Part shown: positions 35,518-45,530 of the stretch, piece by piece
Position numbering within the stretch: the first letter of the stretch is position 1
How the letters are laid out: every line of letters starts with the position of its first letter
Made by a program: the position numbers and the translations under genes
The notes under the pieces: model-generated
What the model was told of the DNA's origin: nothing
Databases searched by the model: none
Seen by the model: only the letters and a program-made list of their open reading frames with translations
IMG/VR virus record: IMGVR_UViG_3300032331_002067
Location: 36,002 to 100,001 of that record
Direction: 5' to 3' (one strand)
From: a virus
Length of the DNA stretch: 64,000 nucleotides

Positions 35518-37148
35518 TGGATAACAAAATGGTTCTGTCACAGGATGATGATGACTTCAGCGAAGAAATTGACGACCTTTCTTATATTTCAGCTTTAGCT
35601 AAAGTCGATGCAGTTGACCCTTTTTCTGAAGTAAAGATTTCAAGTCTTTCTCCAAAAATGAAAAGAAAAGCTCAGCGTCTTCAAAAAAGACATGAGGGAG
35701 AAGACGGAACAAAGTCTAAGTATCTTGATCCAGAAGTTGTTAACGGTTATTCACTATGGGATATTGTTAATCCGCCATATGATTTAGATAGTCTTGCAAT
35801 CCTATACGACCAGAGTTCAATTCACTATGCAGCTATTAATGCAAGAGTAATGAATACCGTTGGTCTTGGTTTTGAATTTGATGAAACTCTTAAATCAAGA
35901 AGGCGTATTGAAAAAGTACAGGGTGAGCCATTAAAACTTGAAAAGACTCGTAAAAGCTTACAAGATCTTAGGGAAGAGCTTGAAGTTCTTTTTGAAAGTT
36001 TCAATGTTGAAGAAACATTGATTGAGACAATGGTTCGTGTTTGGCAAGATTGTCTTACAGTCGGTAATGGTTATTTAGAAATTGGTCGCAATAATGAGGG
36101 CAAGGTCGGTTATATCGGTCATATCCCTGCAACGATGGTTCGTGTAAGAAGGCGTAGAGATGGCTTTGTGCAACTCTCAAGGGCTAACAAGATCCAAGCT
36201 ATTTTCTTTAGAAACTTTCAAGACCTAGAGATGGAAGATCCCGTTAATGGCGATCCAAAGCCAAATGAAATTATTCATTTCAAGATGTATTCTCCAAACA
36301 GCACTTACTACGGTATTCCTGCAGCAGTTTCTGCAGCAGCAGCAATCATTGGGGATAAATTTGCAAAAGAATATAATATTGATTATTTTGAAAATAAGGC
36401 TATTCCTCGTTATGCAATTATCCTTAAAGGTGCAAAACTAAGCAATAAGTCAAAAGCTGAACTTGTTAATTACTTCCGCAATGAAGTTAAAGGTAGAAAC
36501 CACGGAACACTTGTTATCCCTCTTCCTGCCAGTATTGGTTCTGATTCAGATATCCGATTTGAGAAACTTGAAGCTGGAGTTCAGGATGCTTCATTTGATA
36601 AGTATCGTAAATCTAACCGTGATGAAATCCTCGTAGCCAACAGAGTTCCTGCACCAAAAGTTGGTGTTTATGATAATGCAAACCTTGCTGTATCACGAGA
36701 TGCGGATAAGACATTTAAGATGCAAGTAATTGGTCCAGACCAAGCAATTATTGAAAAGAAGATCAACAGACTTCTTGCTGAGTTCACAGACCTCCTTCAG
36801 TTCAAGCTTAAGAAGATTGACTTGCTTGATGAAGATATGGAATCAAGAATTTATGACCGTTACCTCAGAACTGAAGTTATCAGTCCTAATGAGGTTAGAG
36901 GTAAGATTGGATTCCCAGAACGGAAGGATGGCGATGATGTCCTTCCTTTCCCAACAAAGATCAAACAAGAGAACGCAGGAGCACCAGTTGGAAATTCCAA
37001 CAATGCTTCCTCTAATCCACCAAAATCTAGATCAGACAGTGGAGCAACACCAAGTGGGGTTCAGGGTTCCGGAGATCAAAAAGAAAGAGGTCAGGCACAA
37101 GACTCGGGTGATAATACAACCGCTAATACTGACCAAGGAGGAAACTAA
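35517..37148 (+). CDS. portal protein
   Basis: GNGYLEIGR, EIIHFK.YSP..TYYGIP, YFENKAIP and ISPNEVR motifs; position before the protease. Confidence 0.9.
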   Translation: MDNKMVLSQDDDDFSEEIDDLSYISALAKVDAVDPFSEVKISSLSPKMKRKAQRLQKRHEGEDGTKSKYLDPEVVNGYSLWDIVNPPYDLDSLAILYDQSSIHYAAINARVMNTVGLGFEFDETLKSRRRIEKVQGEPLKLEKTRKSLQDLREELEVLFESFNVEETLIETMVRVWQDCLTVGNGYLEIGRNNEGKVGYIGHIPATMVRVRRRRDGFVQLSRANKIQAIFFRNFQDLEMEDPVNGDPKPNEIIHFKMYSPNSTYYGIPAAVSAAAAIIGDKFAKEYNIDYFENKAIPRYAIILKGAKLSNKSKAELVNYFRNEVKGRNHGTLVIPLPASIGSDSDIRFEKLEAGVQDASFDKYRKSNRDEILVANRVPAPKVGVYDNANLAVSRDADKTFKMQVIGPDQAIIEKKINRLLAEFTDLLQFKLKKIDLLDEDMESRIYDRYLRTEVISPNEVRGKIGFPERKDGDDVLPFPTKIKQENAGAPVGNSNNASSNPPKSRSDSGATPSGVQGSGDQKERGQAQDSGDNTTANTDQGGN

Positions 37149-37411
37149 TGGCAGAAGGTCAGACAATGATTTTTGCAATGGCAAATGTTACATCAAGTGA
37201 TGGAGTGGTAAGTATTGGAAGACATACATCACAAATATCATTCATGAACCAAGGTGCAGATTTTGTAGATATTAAATTAAATGGTAGACATATCATTAAA
37301 ATTGGACACGGGCAAGTTGAAGCGCATTTTTACAATTCAATTGATGGTGATTACACCACTTTTGAAGTATTAACTGCGGGTCAGACTGTTTCCATGTATG
37401 CCCTCGGGTAA
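37148..37411 (+). CDS. small beta-rich virion-type protein, paralog of 37423
   Basis: shared DGVV.IG.HT, LNGRH and GDYTT..V.TAG.T.S.YA.G. Confidence 0.7.
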   Translation: MAEGQTMIFAMANVTSSDGVVSIGRHTSQISFMNQGADFVDIKLNGRHIIKIGHGQVEAHFYNSIDGDYTTFEVLTAGQTVSMYALG

Positions 37412-37422
37412 AGGAGAAAAAA

Positions 37423-37683
37423 ATGAGTAGTATTGTATATACAACAACAGCTATTGCAAGCACAGACGGAGTGGTGCCAATCGGACATCATACTGATTAC
37501 TTGTTCGTATGGAACGCAAATAGTACAACAAGTGCCGTTATTGAATTGAATGGAAGACATCAAGTTCTTATTCCACATTCACCAACTAATGGTAGTCACA
37601 TGTATCATAAAATTCCGGGAGATTATACAACCATTAAAGTTGTTACAGCCGGTGTTACGCTTTCTGCTTATGCAGTTGGGTAA
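37423..37683 (+). CDS. small beta-rich virion-type protein, paralog of 37148
   Basis: same shared motifs as 37148. Confidence 0.7.
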   Translation: MSSIVYTTTAIASTDGVVPIGHHTDYLFVWNANSTTSAVIELNGRHQVLIPHSPTNGSHMYHKIPGDYTTIKVVTAGVTLSAYAVG

Positions 37684-37725
37684 TTATACACAGAATAGTG
37701 TATAATTTAAAATTACGAGGTAATT

Positions 37726-39813
37726 ATGGAAAACTTTAATTTATCTTTCCCGATTGAAATGATCAAGAAAGAGCAAAGAATTATTAGTGGTATCGCTACT
37801 GCTGATAATGTTGACAAATCTGGTGATATTGTTGACTTTTCTGCATCTCTTGAAGCATTTAAAAATTGGGGAGGGAACATCCGTGAGATGCACTCCCCTA
37901 TTGCTGTTGGCAAGGCTGTCAATTTTGAGCCAATCAAAATTAAAGGCGAAGATGGCGAAGAGTACAATGCTATTCGTGTAGATGCTTATATCTCAAAGGG
38001 TGCACAGGATACTTGGGAAAAGATTCTTGATGGCACTCTTCAGGCTTTCTCTATTGGCGGGAAGATTCTTCAAAAGAGTGAATCAGCAGAAAAGATGTTC
38101 CGAGGAAGACCTGTCAATGTTATTGAGAAGTATGTTCTTGGTGAATTGAGCGTGGTTGATAATCCAGCTAACGCTTTGGCAACCGTTGATATCATTAAGA
38201 GAAGTGATGATGGCGGTCTTGACTATGTTCTTGATAAAGCTTCTCCCCTCAAAGATCCCAAGGGCGGTCTTACAGCAGCAGGTCGTAGACACTTTAAAGA
38301 AACAGAAGGTGCAAATCTCAAACCCGGAGTTAAGGGTCCAGCAGATACCCCAGAGAAGATGCGTAGAAAAGGTTCTTTCCTTACACGCTTTTTCACAAAT
38401 CCATCTGGTCCTATGAAGGACTCAAAGGGAAGACCAACAAGGCTTGCGCTTTCAGCAGCAGCTTGGGGGGAACCAGTCCCGCAGAACGCACAGGATGCAG
38501 CAGAACTTGCTGCAAAAGGTCGCAGACTTCTTGAACGCTATCAGAATACTAAAGAAAAAAGTATGAAGAAAGAAGGGGAAGTCACATCAGGCTCAATGGG
38601 AGCTGGTATCAAGAACCCTACTCAAGGTAGTTTTCAAGGTCCATTCCCCGGGAAGCCTAAGAAAAAGAAAAAGGAGTTTTCTATGAAAAATAAAATTAAG
38701 AAAAGCTCTCCATTGACTGAATCGTTGAACAATCTTTTGTCCAACACCGCAGTTCTGTACTTCTCTTCGCATAGAGCGCATTGGAATGTTGAAGGTGTAG
38801 ATTTCCGTGAATATCATGATTTGTTTGGTGAAATTTATGAAGATACATATGATTCGATTGATCCAATTGCAGAAAGTATTAGAAAACTTGGAGACTTTCC
38901 AATTGCATTGGGAGATGCAGAGGATATGTCCTCATACGAGGATGACTCGGCAACAACAGACGCAAGAGAGCTTGCAATGGACATTTATGAAAAGAACAAG
39001 GTGTACCTAGAAATGGTAAAAGAAGCCTTCAATGTAGCAAACGATTCAGATGAACAAGGTGTCGCAAATCTCCTTGCAGGAAGAATTGAAATGCACGAAA
39101 AGTGGGATTGGCAACTTCGTGCTTCTCTTGGTATTTCAACAGGAACGCCTACAGAAGATCCTGAAGAGGATGGAATGGAAGATGATTCGTCTGAAGAGTA
39201 CCCAACTGAATCACTTACTGCAATGCTTACACAAATTTTAGAAATGTCTAATAAATCTGATACAGACGCAGATTTAGTTAAAATGCAAGAGAATGAATTG
39301 CAAAATGATGCAAATTATGATAAGGTCTTAAACATGAATGAACAAGAATCAAGATTGTCGCTACTTAAGCGTATGGTCAATTGGCTTGTTCCCGATGTAC
39401 AAGAAAATGCTTCAATCCAAATTGAAGTAACTGAAAACACACAGGAGGAAATTATGGATATTGAAATCCTTAAAGATGCTCTTAGTGCTGTGGTTGACGA
39501 AAAACTGGCTGCCTTCGCTACTTCAATTAAAGAAGAGGTTGAAGCTTCGGTTCAAGAAAAAATCGACACCATCACCAAGGGATTTGAAGTTCAAACAACT
39601 GAACTTCAAGAAAAATTAGAAGCAACAGAGCAATCTCTGTCCGAGCAAGAGGAGAAGGTTCAAGCCTTCGCTAAGTCCGGTGCTATCAAGAAAAGCGTTG
39701 ACCCAGAAGATGATGAAGAGGGCGAGGAACTTACCAAGTCTGCTCCATCATCAATTTGGGACAATACATATTTGCCACAAGGTTTAATTAACTCCTTGGG
39801 CTATAAGTCATAA
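37726..39813 (+). CDS. prohead protease-scaffold fusion with inserted modules, including a Dps/ferritin-like domain
   Basis: HK97-like IREMH...FSIGG...ELSVVDNPAN; HWNVEG.DF.EYH.LF.E.Y (Dps); acidic coiled-coil C-terminus. Confidence 0.85.
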   Translation: MENFNLSFPIEMIKKEQRIISGIATADNVDKSGDIVDFSASLEAFKNWGGNIREMHSPIAVGKAVNFEPIKIKGEDGEEYNAIRVDAYISKGAQDTWEKILDGTLQAFSIGGKILQKSESAEKMFRGRPVNVIEKYVLGELSVVDNPANALATVDIIKRSDDGGLDYVLDKASPLKDPKGGLTAAGRRHFKETEGANLKPGVKGPADTPEKMRRKGSFLTRFFTNPSGPMKDSKGRPTRLALSAAAWGEPVPQNAQDAAELAAKGRRLLERYQNTKEKSMKKEGEVTSGSMGAGIKNPTQGSFQGPFPGKPKKKKKEFSMKNKIKKSSPLTESLNNLLSNTAVLYFSSHRAHWNVEGVDFREYHDLFGEIYEDTYDSIDPIAESIRKLGDFPIALGDAEDMSSYEDDSATTDARELAMDIYEKNKVYLEMVKEAFNVANDSDEQGVANLLAGRIEMHEKWDWQLRASLGISTGTPTEDPEEDGMEDDSSEEYPTESLTAMLTQILEMSNKSDTDADLVKMQENELQNDANYDKVLNMNEQESRLSLLKRMVNWLVPDVQENASIQIEVTENTQEEIMDIEILKDALSAVVDEKLAAFATSIKEEVEASVQEKIDTITKGFEVQTTELQEKLEATEQSLSEQEEKVQAFAKSGAIKKSVDPEDDEEGEELTKSAPSSIWDNTYLPQGLINSLGYKS

Positions 39814-39830
39814 TAGGAGGAAACATAGAT

Positions 39831-40862
39831 ATGGCATCACAAGAAGAAATTCTATCAAAGGCTAATGAAGTAACAACTGGGGTTGTAGGTAATGATTCGG
39901 GTGGTTTGATGAAGCCACAGCAGTCAAACCGCTTCCTTGATTTTGTTATTGATCAGTCTGTACTTATGCAGAACGCAAGAGTCGTTCGTATGCGTACACC
40001 ACAAATGGAAATCGATAAGGTTTCTGTAGGCACTCGCTTGCTTTCAAAGGCAACCGAGGCAACAGATGATGGCTCAAATGCAGCCGTCACATTCAGCAAG
40101 GTCTCATTGTCCACCGTCAAGCTTCGTCTTGATTGGGCACTGTCAACCGAGTCGTTGGAAGACAACATTGAGGGAGCTTCTTTGGAGGACCACATCGCAC
40201 AGATGATGGCTCGCCAGACTGCAAACGACCTTGACGATCTCTTTATCAACGGAAACACAAGCTCCAACAACGGTCTCATTAAGGCTCTTGATGGTTTTGT
40301 TAAGCTTTCAAAGGCAAATGGTCGTGTAGTTGATGAGGCTGGTAATGGAGTTTCTCGTGCATCTTATGACCGTATCCTTCGTAACCTTCCAACCAAGTAC
40401 CTTCAGCGCAGAAATGAACTGAAGTTCTTCTCTGGTTCAGGTATCGTTCAGGACACAATCTACAGCCTTGGAAATCCAAACTCTGCAACAGCAGCAACAG
40501 CAGGCGCACCTGCACCATTCTCACAAGTCGGCGAACTTGCATTCTTGCAAGGCGCAATGCGTGGAAATGGTGGTGCTGGTTCAACTGGTATTTCACCATT
40601 CGGTATTCCGTTGGTTGAAATTCCTTTGATGCCAGAAACCGTTGCCGGTGATTATTCCGGAGCAGCTGGTTCACATGGTTATGTGGAACTCACATTCCCT
40701 AACAACCGTGTTATCGGTATTCACCGTGACATCACTGTGTATCGTCAGTTCAAGCCAAAAACAGACACTATTGAGTACACTCAGTTCATGAGAGTAGCAA
40801 GCAATATTGAAAATGCTGATTCGTATGTAATCGGTAAAAACCTTAAGCTTCGCACACTGTAA
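39831..40862 (+). CDS. major capsid protein (HK97 fold)
   Basis: position after protease-scaffold; GGLM.P.QS.RF, LEDNIEG and DL.INGN motifs; strong RBS. Confidence 0.88.
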   Translation: MASQEEILSKANEVTTGVVGNDSGGLMKPQQSNRFLDFVIDQSVLMQNARVVRMRTPQMEIDKVSVGTRLLSKATEATDDGSNAAVTFSKVSLSTVKLRLDWALSTESLEDNIEGASLEDHIAQMMARQTANDLDDLFINGNTSSNNGLIKALDGFVKLSKANGRVVDEAGNGVSRASYDRILRNLPTKYLQRRNELKFFSGSGIVQDTIYSLGNPNSATAATAGAPAPFSQVGELAFLQGAMRGNGGAGSTGISPFGIPLVEIPLMPETVAGDYSGAAGSHGYVELTFPNNRVIGIHRDITVYRQFKPKTDTIEYTQFMRVASNIENADSYVIGKNLKLRTL

Positions 40863-40885
40863 GTAATAATTAAAAAATTTGTGAT

Positions 40886-40925
40886 CGGGGGGGGGTGAAA
40901 TATCCCCTCCCTTTCGCATTTTTTA
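40886..40925 (+). terminator. probable terminator after MCP
   Basis: G-rich/C-rich hairpin followed by a T-run. Confidence 0.55.
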
Positions 40926-40949
40926 ATTAAGTGTGGTATTGTATTAACC

Positions 40950-41294
40950 ATGACTGATAACATCGTTACATCGAAAGCAACATCAGGTGAAGAAGCAAAG
41001 CCAGCAAAGAAAGCTCCGGCTAAGAAGGCTGCTGCAAAGCCAAAGGTTGAAGCAGAAATCACAGAAGATAATGTTGAAACAAAACCAGCAAAAGTATCTA
41101 AGAAGACAAATCAAATTAATTTGATTATCTTCGAAAGCGGAGCTTCATATAGTTCCGGTGATCTTTTCTTTTCAAGAGAAGATAAGACTCAAGAAGTCTC
41201 AGATGAGGATTTTGCATTCCTTCTGACTCTTGAAAATTTTAGAAGAGCAGATCCTCACGAAATCGAAGAGTATCTTGCTTCTAAGGAGGGTTAA
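40950..41294 (+). CDS. hypothetical protein with a Lys/Ala-rich N-terminus
   Basis: leaderless-type start after TG-G-TATTGT. Confidence 0.65.
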   Translation: MTDNIVTSKATSGEEAKPAKKAPAKKAAAKPKVEAEITEDNVETKPAKVSKKTNQINLIIFESGASYSSGDLFFSREDKTQEVSDEDFAFLLTLENFRRADPHEIEEYLASKEG

Positions 41295-41296
41295 TT

Positions 41297-41680
41297 ATGG
41301 CAGGTAATCTTAGCAATTACTTAGAGAACAAAGTTCTCGACCACATTTTAGGAACAACAACCTATACAATGCCAAGCACTGTTTATGTAGCGCTTTATAC
41401 AGCTGCTCCAAACGATACAGGTGGTGGAACACAGGTCACTGGTGGTTCGTATGCTCGTCAAGTAGCAACTTTTGATGCTGCATCAAGTGGAGCAACACAG
41501 AATACTGGAAATATTGACTTTGTAAATATGCCAGCATGTACAGTTACCGCAATTGGTATCTTTGATGCTTTAACAACAGGAAACCTACTTGTATGGGGAA
41601 CTCTTGCAACAAGCAAGAGTCTTGACGCAGGCGATACATTGAGAATTGCAACAGGCGATCTTGATATCAGCCTTGACTAA
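41297..41680 (+). CDS. virion structural (fibre-associated) protein
   Basis: LSNYLENKVLDH...YVALYTAAP...GGSYARQ motif common in phage tail modules. Confidence 0.75.
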   Translation: MAGNLSNYLENKVLDHILGTTTYTMPSTVYVALYTAAPNDTGGGTQVTGGSYARQVATFDAASSGATQNTGNIDFVNMPACTVTAIGIFDALTTGNLLVWGTLATSKSLDAGDTLRIATGDLDISLD

Positions 41681-41690
41681 AGAGGTTTAA

Positions 41691-42035
41691 ATGGAAAGAA
41701 GAGAATTTGCTGGAGCTGTTTTAAGTACAACATTGCCAAGCAATGTTGCAAACTCAGCGACATCAATTACTGTTGGTTCTGGTTCGTCTTTCCCAACAGG
41801 TGCTAACAATCCATTTGCGATTATTGTAAGTCGTGGTGAAGCAGCGGAAGAAAAGATGCTTGTGTCATCTCGTTCAGGAGATGTTCTAACTATAAGCGTT
41901 AGAGGGTATGATGGTACTACAGCAAAGAACCACTTAGCGGGTGCTGTTGTTGACCATGTTCTTGATTCAAATACAATTCAAAGCATGAATACATATACAT
42001 ATGACACTGCTATTTTGCAGTGGATGGGGGTTTAA
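41691..42035 (+). CDS. virion structural protein
   Basis: RGYDGTTA..H..GA.V.H motif. Confidence 0.7.
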   Translation: MERREFAGAVLSTTLPSNVANSATSITVGSGSSFPTGANNPFAIIVSRGEAAEEKMLVSSRSGDVLTISVRGYDGTTAKNHLAGAVVDHVLDSNTIQSMNTYTYDTAILQWMGV

Positions 42036-42371
42036 ATGGCAAACTTAACACCAAAGCTTTTATACATTGGAGCCGATACAGCAGCGAATGTTGTTACTGT
42101 GTCAAGTAATGTAGGAAGCTATGCTATTGTCAAAAATATAAACTTGTGTAATTTCACATCAAGCGCAGCTACATGCAATGTTCACTTGCTTGTGTCAGGT
42201 GTCTCAGCAGCAGCTAATAATAATGCAATTCTAAAATCATTCACTGTTGCACCAAATGAAACAATTGCTTATAATGGTATTGTTGTTCTTCCTGCTAACT
42301 CTAAACTTTATCTTTCTCAAGCAACTGCAAGTATTACTTTGTCGGTTAGTGGAGTTGAATACGCAACTTAA
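42036..42371 (+). CDS. virion structural protein, paralog of 48366
   Basis: IVK.I..CN.T..A.T...SGVE. Confidence 0.7.
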   Translation: MANLTPKLLYIGADTAANVVTVSSNVGSYAIVKNINLCNFTSSAATCNVHLLVSGVSAAANNNAILKSFTVAPNETIAYNGIVVLPANSKLYLSQATASITLSVSGVEYAT

Positions 42372-42395
42372 TTTAAACTCATATACAATTGTTAT

Positions 42396-44381
42396 GTGAG
42401 AAAGTTAAGTTTCAAAAAAGGTTCTTGGATATTAATCCCTGTAATTATTCTTTCTTTTTTTGCAAATCCTGCAAAGGCTGACACATTCAGAACAGAAGGT
42501 GCAAATGATTTCTATTTTCAATTAGAAGTTGGCACGACATTTACTGCTAGAGCAGATGCTTGGTCACATGGAATTGATAGTCAATTATGGCTTTACAATA
42601 GTGAAGGAACTGTTGTTGCTGTCAATGATGATTATTTCTACCTTGATTCCTATATATCCTATGTAGTCCAACAGTCAGGAACTTATCGTTTAAGAACAAG
42701 TGTCTGTTGTGGTGATCCCAATAGATGGTACAACCAGTTTTATACTGTTGATACAAGTTCTACTCCAACAAATGCACCTGAAACAACTACAACCACAAGT
42801 AGTACAACAACGACTAGTACCACTACAACGAGCACAACTACTACTACGACTACATTGCCCCCATTAGTAATGGCTTCTCCAACAAACCTTGAGGCTCATG
42901 CATACGAAGGGAGTATTGCTCTTTCTTGGGATGCACCACAGGAAGGGGAAGGTTATGCACACCCAGAGCACTATGCAGTTTTCTTTTCTGATGACAATTG
43001 GCAAACTTCATATGCAATTTCAACCGGTAATACTTGGGCAGTTGTTTATAACTTAGTAAACGGTACAGAGTACCAGTTTAGAGTTCGTGCAGATAATGAT
43101 ACTCTTCATGTTTATTCATCACTTGTAGAGACTTATACAGTTAGATCAACTCCTGTTACCACGACAACATCTACGACTACAACAACCACCAGCACAACCA
43201 CAACCAGCTCAACACTGGCACCAACCACAACCACAACATCTACTACAACTATAGCACCTGAGCCTGAAACGACTACAACGACTGTTGAGGAGGTTGTTCC
43301 CCCTCCTGTTGAAACACTTCCAACAGAAAACACCACTGTTTCAATTCCTGAGATAAATCCAACCCCAGTTCCTACTCCAGAAATAGATATAACACCTGTT
43401 GAGATTCCTGTGGACCCAACGCCAACAATTGAGGTTCCTCAAGAAGTTCAAGACACTGTGGATAGTGCGGTTGCAGATATTTTTGATTCACCCATTTCAG
43501 ACGCAAAGCTTGGAGATGCTATTGATAATCTAGTAGCAGATGTCGGGACTCCAGAAGAACTTACGGCAGTGGTTAACTCACTTCTTGACCAAGAACTTAC
43601 TGATTCACAATTTGCTACGGTTATTGACTCCGTGTTCTCAGAACCATTATCCGATGAAAACTTCTCGGCTGCAGTAGAGGCTGTCTTTGATGACACATCA
43701 AAATTAAGCGCAGACCAGTTTGATGCTGCTGTTGAAGCAGTCTTTTCCGAGCCGTTATCTGACGAGCAATTCTCTGCTGCTATTGAGGCTATTTTTGATG
43801 AACCTATCTCAGATGAAAAGTTTGCATCAGTTATTGACTCTGTTTTAGACGAGCCTTTGTCAAATGAGCAGTTTGAAGCGGTTGTTGGAATTTTGGAATC
43901 AGATTCCGTTTCTGAAGAACAGGTGTCTAATGCCGTTGATAGCATTTTGGAACTTGGTGTTACAGAAGATCAAGCAACCGACCTTGCTACAAGCGCAAAG
44001 GTTTTGGAAAGTATTGATGCAGATCAGGCTACAGATATCTTTCAAGAGATTCCTGTTGCAGACCTATCTCCAACAGAAGAGGCTGCTCTTGTTGAGACAC
44101 TTACTAATGCCCCAACAGATATCAAAGAAGCCTTTGAAGGAGCGATTGATATCTTCGGAGAGGGATTGGATGATTATGTCCCTACAGGCTCTGGAATTGA
44201 TGTAAAAGCAAGAAGGGCACTCATTGCAGTCACTGCAGTTACAACAACGCTTGCAGGCGCTCCTGCGCCCTCTAGCGGGGGTTCTGGACCATCTGGCGGT
44301 GGACCATCTGGAGGCGGAAGCCCATCAGGGGATGAAAGTTCAAATAATGATCGTAAAACAAGACGGTCAAGGAGGAAATAA
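42396..44381 (+). CDS. secreted/surface protein: signal peptide, PPC-like domain, Thr-rich linkers, FN3 domain, acidic 15-aa repeats
   Basis: PAKA-D cleavage site; DSQLWLYN..G.VVA.NDD; LSWDAP...NL.NGTEYQFRVRA; LSDEQF.A.V..VF.EP repeats. Confidence 0.75.
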   Translation: MRKLSFKKGSWILIPVIILSFFANPAKADTFRTEGANDFYFQLEVGTTFTARADAWSHGIDSQLWLYNSEGTVVAVNDDYFYLDSYISYVVQQSGTYRLRTSVCCGDPNRWYNQFYTVDTSSTPTNAPETTTTTSSTTTTSTTTTSTTTTTTTLPPLVMASPTNLEAHAYEGSIALSWDAPQEGEGYAHPEHYAVFFSDDNWQTSYAISTGNTWAVVYNLVNGTEYQFRVRADNDTLHVYSSLVETYTVRSTPVTTTTSTTTTTTSTTTTSSTLAPTTTTTSTTTIAPEPETTTTTVEEVVPPPVETLPTENTTVSIPEINPTPVPTPEIDITPVEIPVDPTPTIEVPQEVQDTVDSAVADIFDSPISDAKLGDAIDNLVADVGTPEELTAVVNSLLDQELTDSQFATVIDSVFSEPLSDENFSAAVEAVFDDTSKLSADQFDAAVEAVFSEPLSDEQFSAAIEAIFDEPISDEKFASVIDSVLDEPLSNEQFEAVVGILESDSVSEEQVSNAVDSILELGVTEDQATDLATSAKVLESIDADQATDIFQEIPVADLSPTEEAALVETLTNAPTDIKEAFEGAIDIFGEGLDDYVPTGSGIDVKARRALIAVTAVTTTLAGAPAPSSGGSGPSGGGPSGGGSPSGDESSNNDRKTRRSRRK

Positions 44382-44548
44382 TGTTTAAGAAAATTTTAAA
44401 CGAACTCCATGCTTTGGCATGGACACTATCTGGAGGTGTAATTGTTTTAATTACACTATCTGGAAAAACTCAAACTTACGGATTGTGGCTAACTATTGCT
44501 GCTTTTACGGTTCACATGTTTGGCGCTTTGATTAAAAAAGAAGGATAA
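44381..44548 (+). CDS. small two-TM membrane protein
   Basis: 55-aa ORF, GGAGG RBS, coupled (TAATG). Confidence 0.6.
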   Translation: MFKKILNELHALAWTLSGGVIVLITLSGKTQTYGLWLTIAAFTVHMFGALIKKEG

Positions 44549-44555
44549 TTTATAC

Positions 44556-45224
44556 ATGATACTTATGATTAGAGGGCACATCCGTAATTCATTTGAAACA
44601 AAGGATTTCTACTCTCTAGTAAAAGAACTACATACCCTATACCCAGATTTAAAAATTTTTATACATACTTGGAATATATTTGCTAATAATATTAGTCATA
44701 GACAAATAATTGTTAACAATACAAATGTAGATAATCAAATTATTTATGATTATTTTGATGATTTAAAGCATTTAATTCAAAATATTATTATTGATGATGA
44801 TACTAAAATAAATTTAATAGGTAATTTATTTGGTAATGCTGGAGGTAATCCTCTTATTGGCTGGAAAAATTACTGGTATGGTAAACATAGAGCCATAGAG
44901 GATATTAATAATAAAAATGTAGATAAAAATCAAATGATTGTAAATCTAAGATTTGACATTATGAACAATAGTGTTAGTTTTTCAAAAGAGTCTATTGTTA
45001 ATTTTATAAAAAACAATAGCAAAATGATATTTACAAAAAATGTATTTATTTTTGATAATGAACAAAATCATGGTATTGATAACATCTACATAGGAAATAT
45101 CGACACCATGTATAAGCTAACTAATAAGTTTTATTATGAATTAGATAATATTTTAATTGAGAATCAAAACATTGGAGCACCAGAGTATTTGGTTTACAGT
45201 ATAAACAGTGTTCTGTTTGACTGA
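44556..45224 (+). CDS. very AT-rich hypothetical protein (glycosyltransferase-like)
   Basis: RGHIR...FIHTW...RFD motifs. Confidence 0.6.
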   Translation: MILMIRGHIRNSFETKDFYSLVKELHTLYPDLKIFIHTWNIFANNISHRQIIVNNTNVDNQIIYDYFDDLKHLIQNIIIDDDTKINLIGNLFGNAGGNPLIGWKNYWYGKHRAIEDINNKNVDKNQMIVNLRFDIMNNSVSFSKESIVNFIKNNSKMIFTKNVFIFDNEQNHGIDNIYIGNIDTMYKLTNKFYYELDNILIENQNIGAPEYLVYSINSVLFD

Positions 45225-45237
45225 AAAGGAGAAAAAA

Positions 45238-45486
45238 ATGAATAAAGTTAATAATATTTTATTAAGAATACTTGCTGTATTCGGGGCATCTGGTCTTGGG
45301 GTGATTGGAGCTGGCGCTATCGCTGGAGTCAACCTTCCTAAAGCCATCTTTATGGCTGGAATTGGCGGAGTTGCTAAAGTTGTTGAGGGTCTTGCTAGTG
45401 CATTCCTTGATGATGGCAAGCTTGATGATAACGAAATAGCTGCTGTTTTTGGCGGTAGAAATAAACAGCCTAAAAACAACGATTAA
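45238..45486 (+). CDS. holin-like membrane protein
   Basis: two hydrophobic segments, DDGKLD..EI motif, next to the endolysin. Confidence 0.6.
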   Translation: MNKVNNILLRILAVFGASGLGVIGAGAIAGVNLPKAIFMAGIGGVAKVVEGLASAFLDDGKLDDNEIAAVFGGRNKQPKNND

Positions 45487-45530
45487 GGTATAATGTTAGT
45501 ATAGTGATTTAATGTCACGAAGGAGATTAT

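Noticed and set aside
42780-43290. ACN-rich tandem repeats as a diversity-generating or contingency locus
   Set aside because: They encode poly-Thr linkers with mixed codons; I saw no template/variable repeat pair and no reverse transcriptase.
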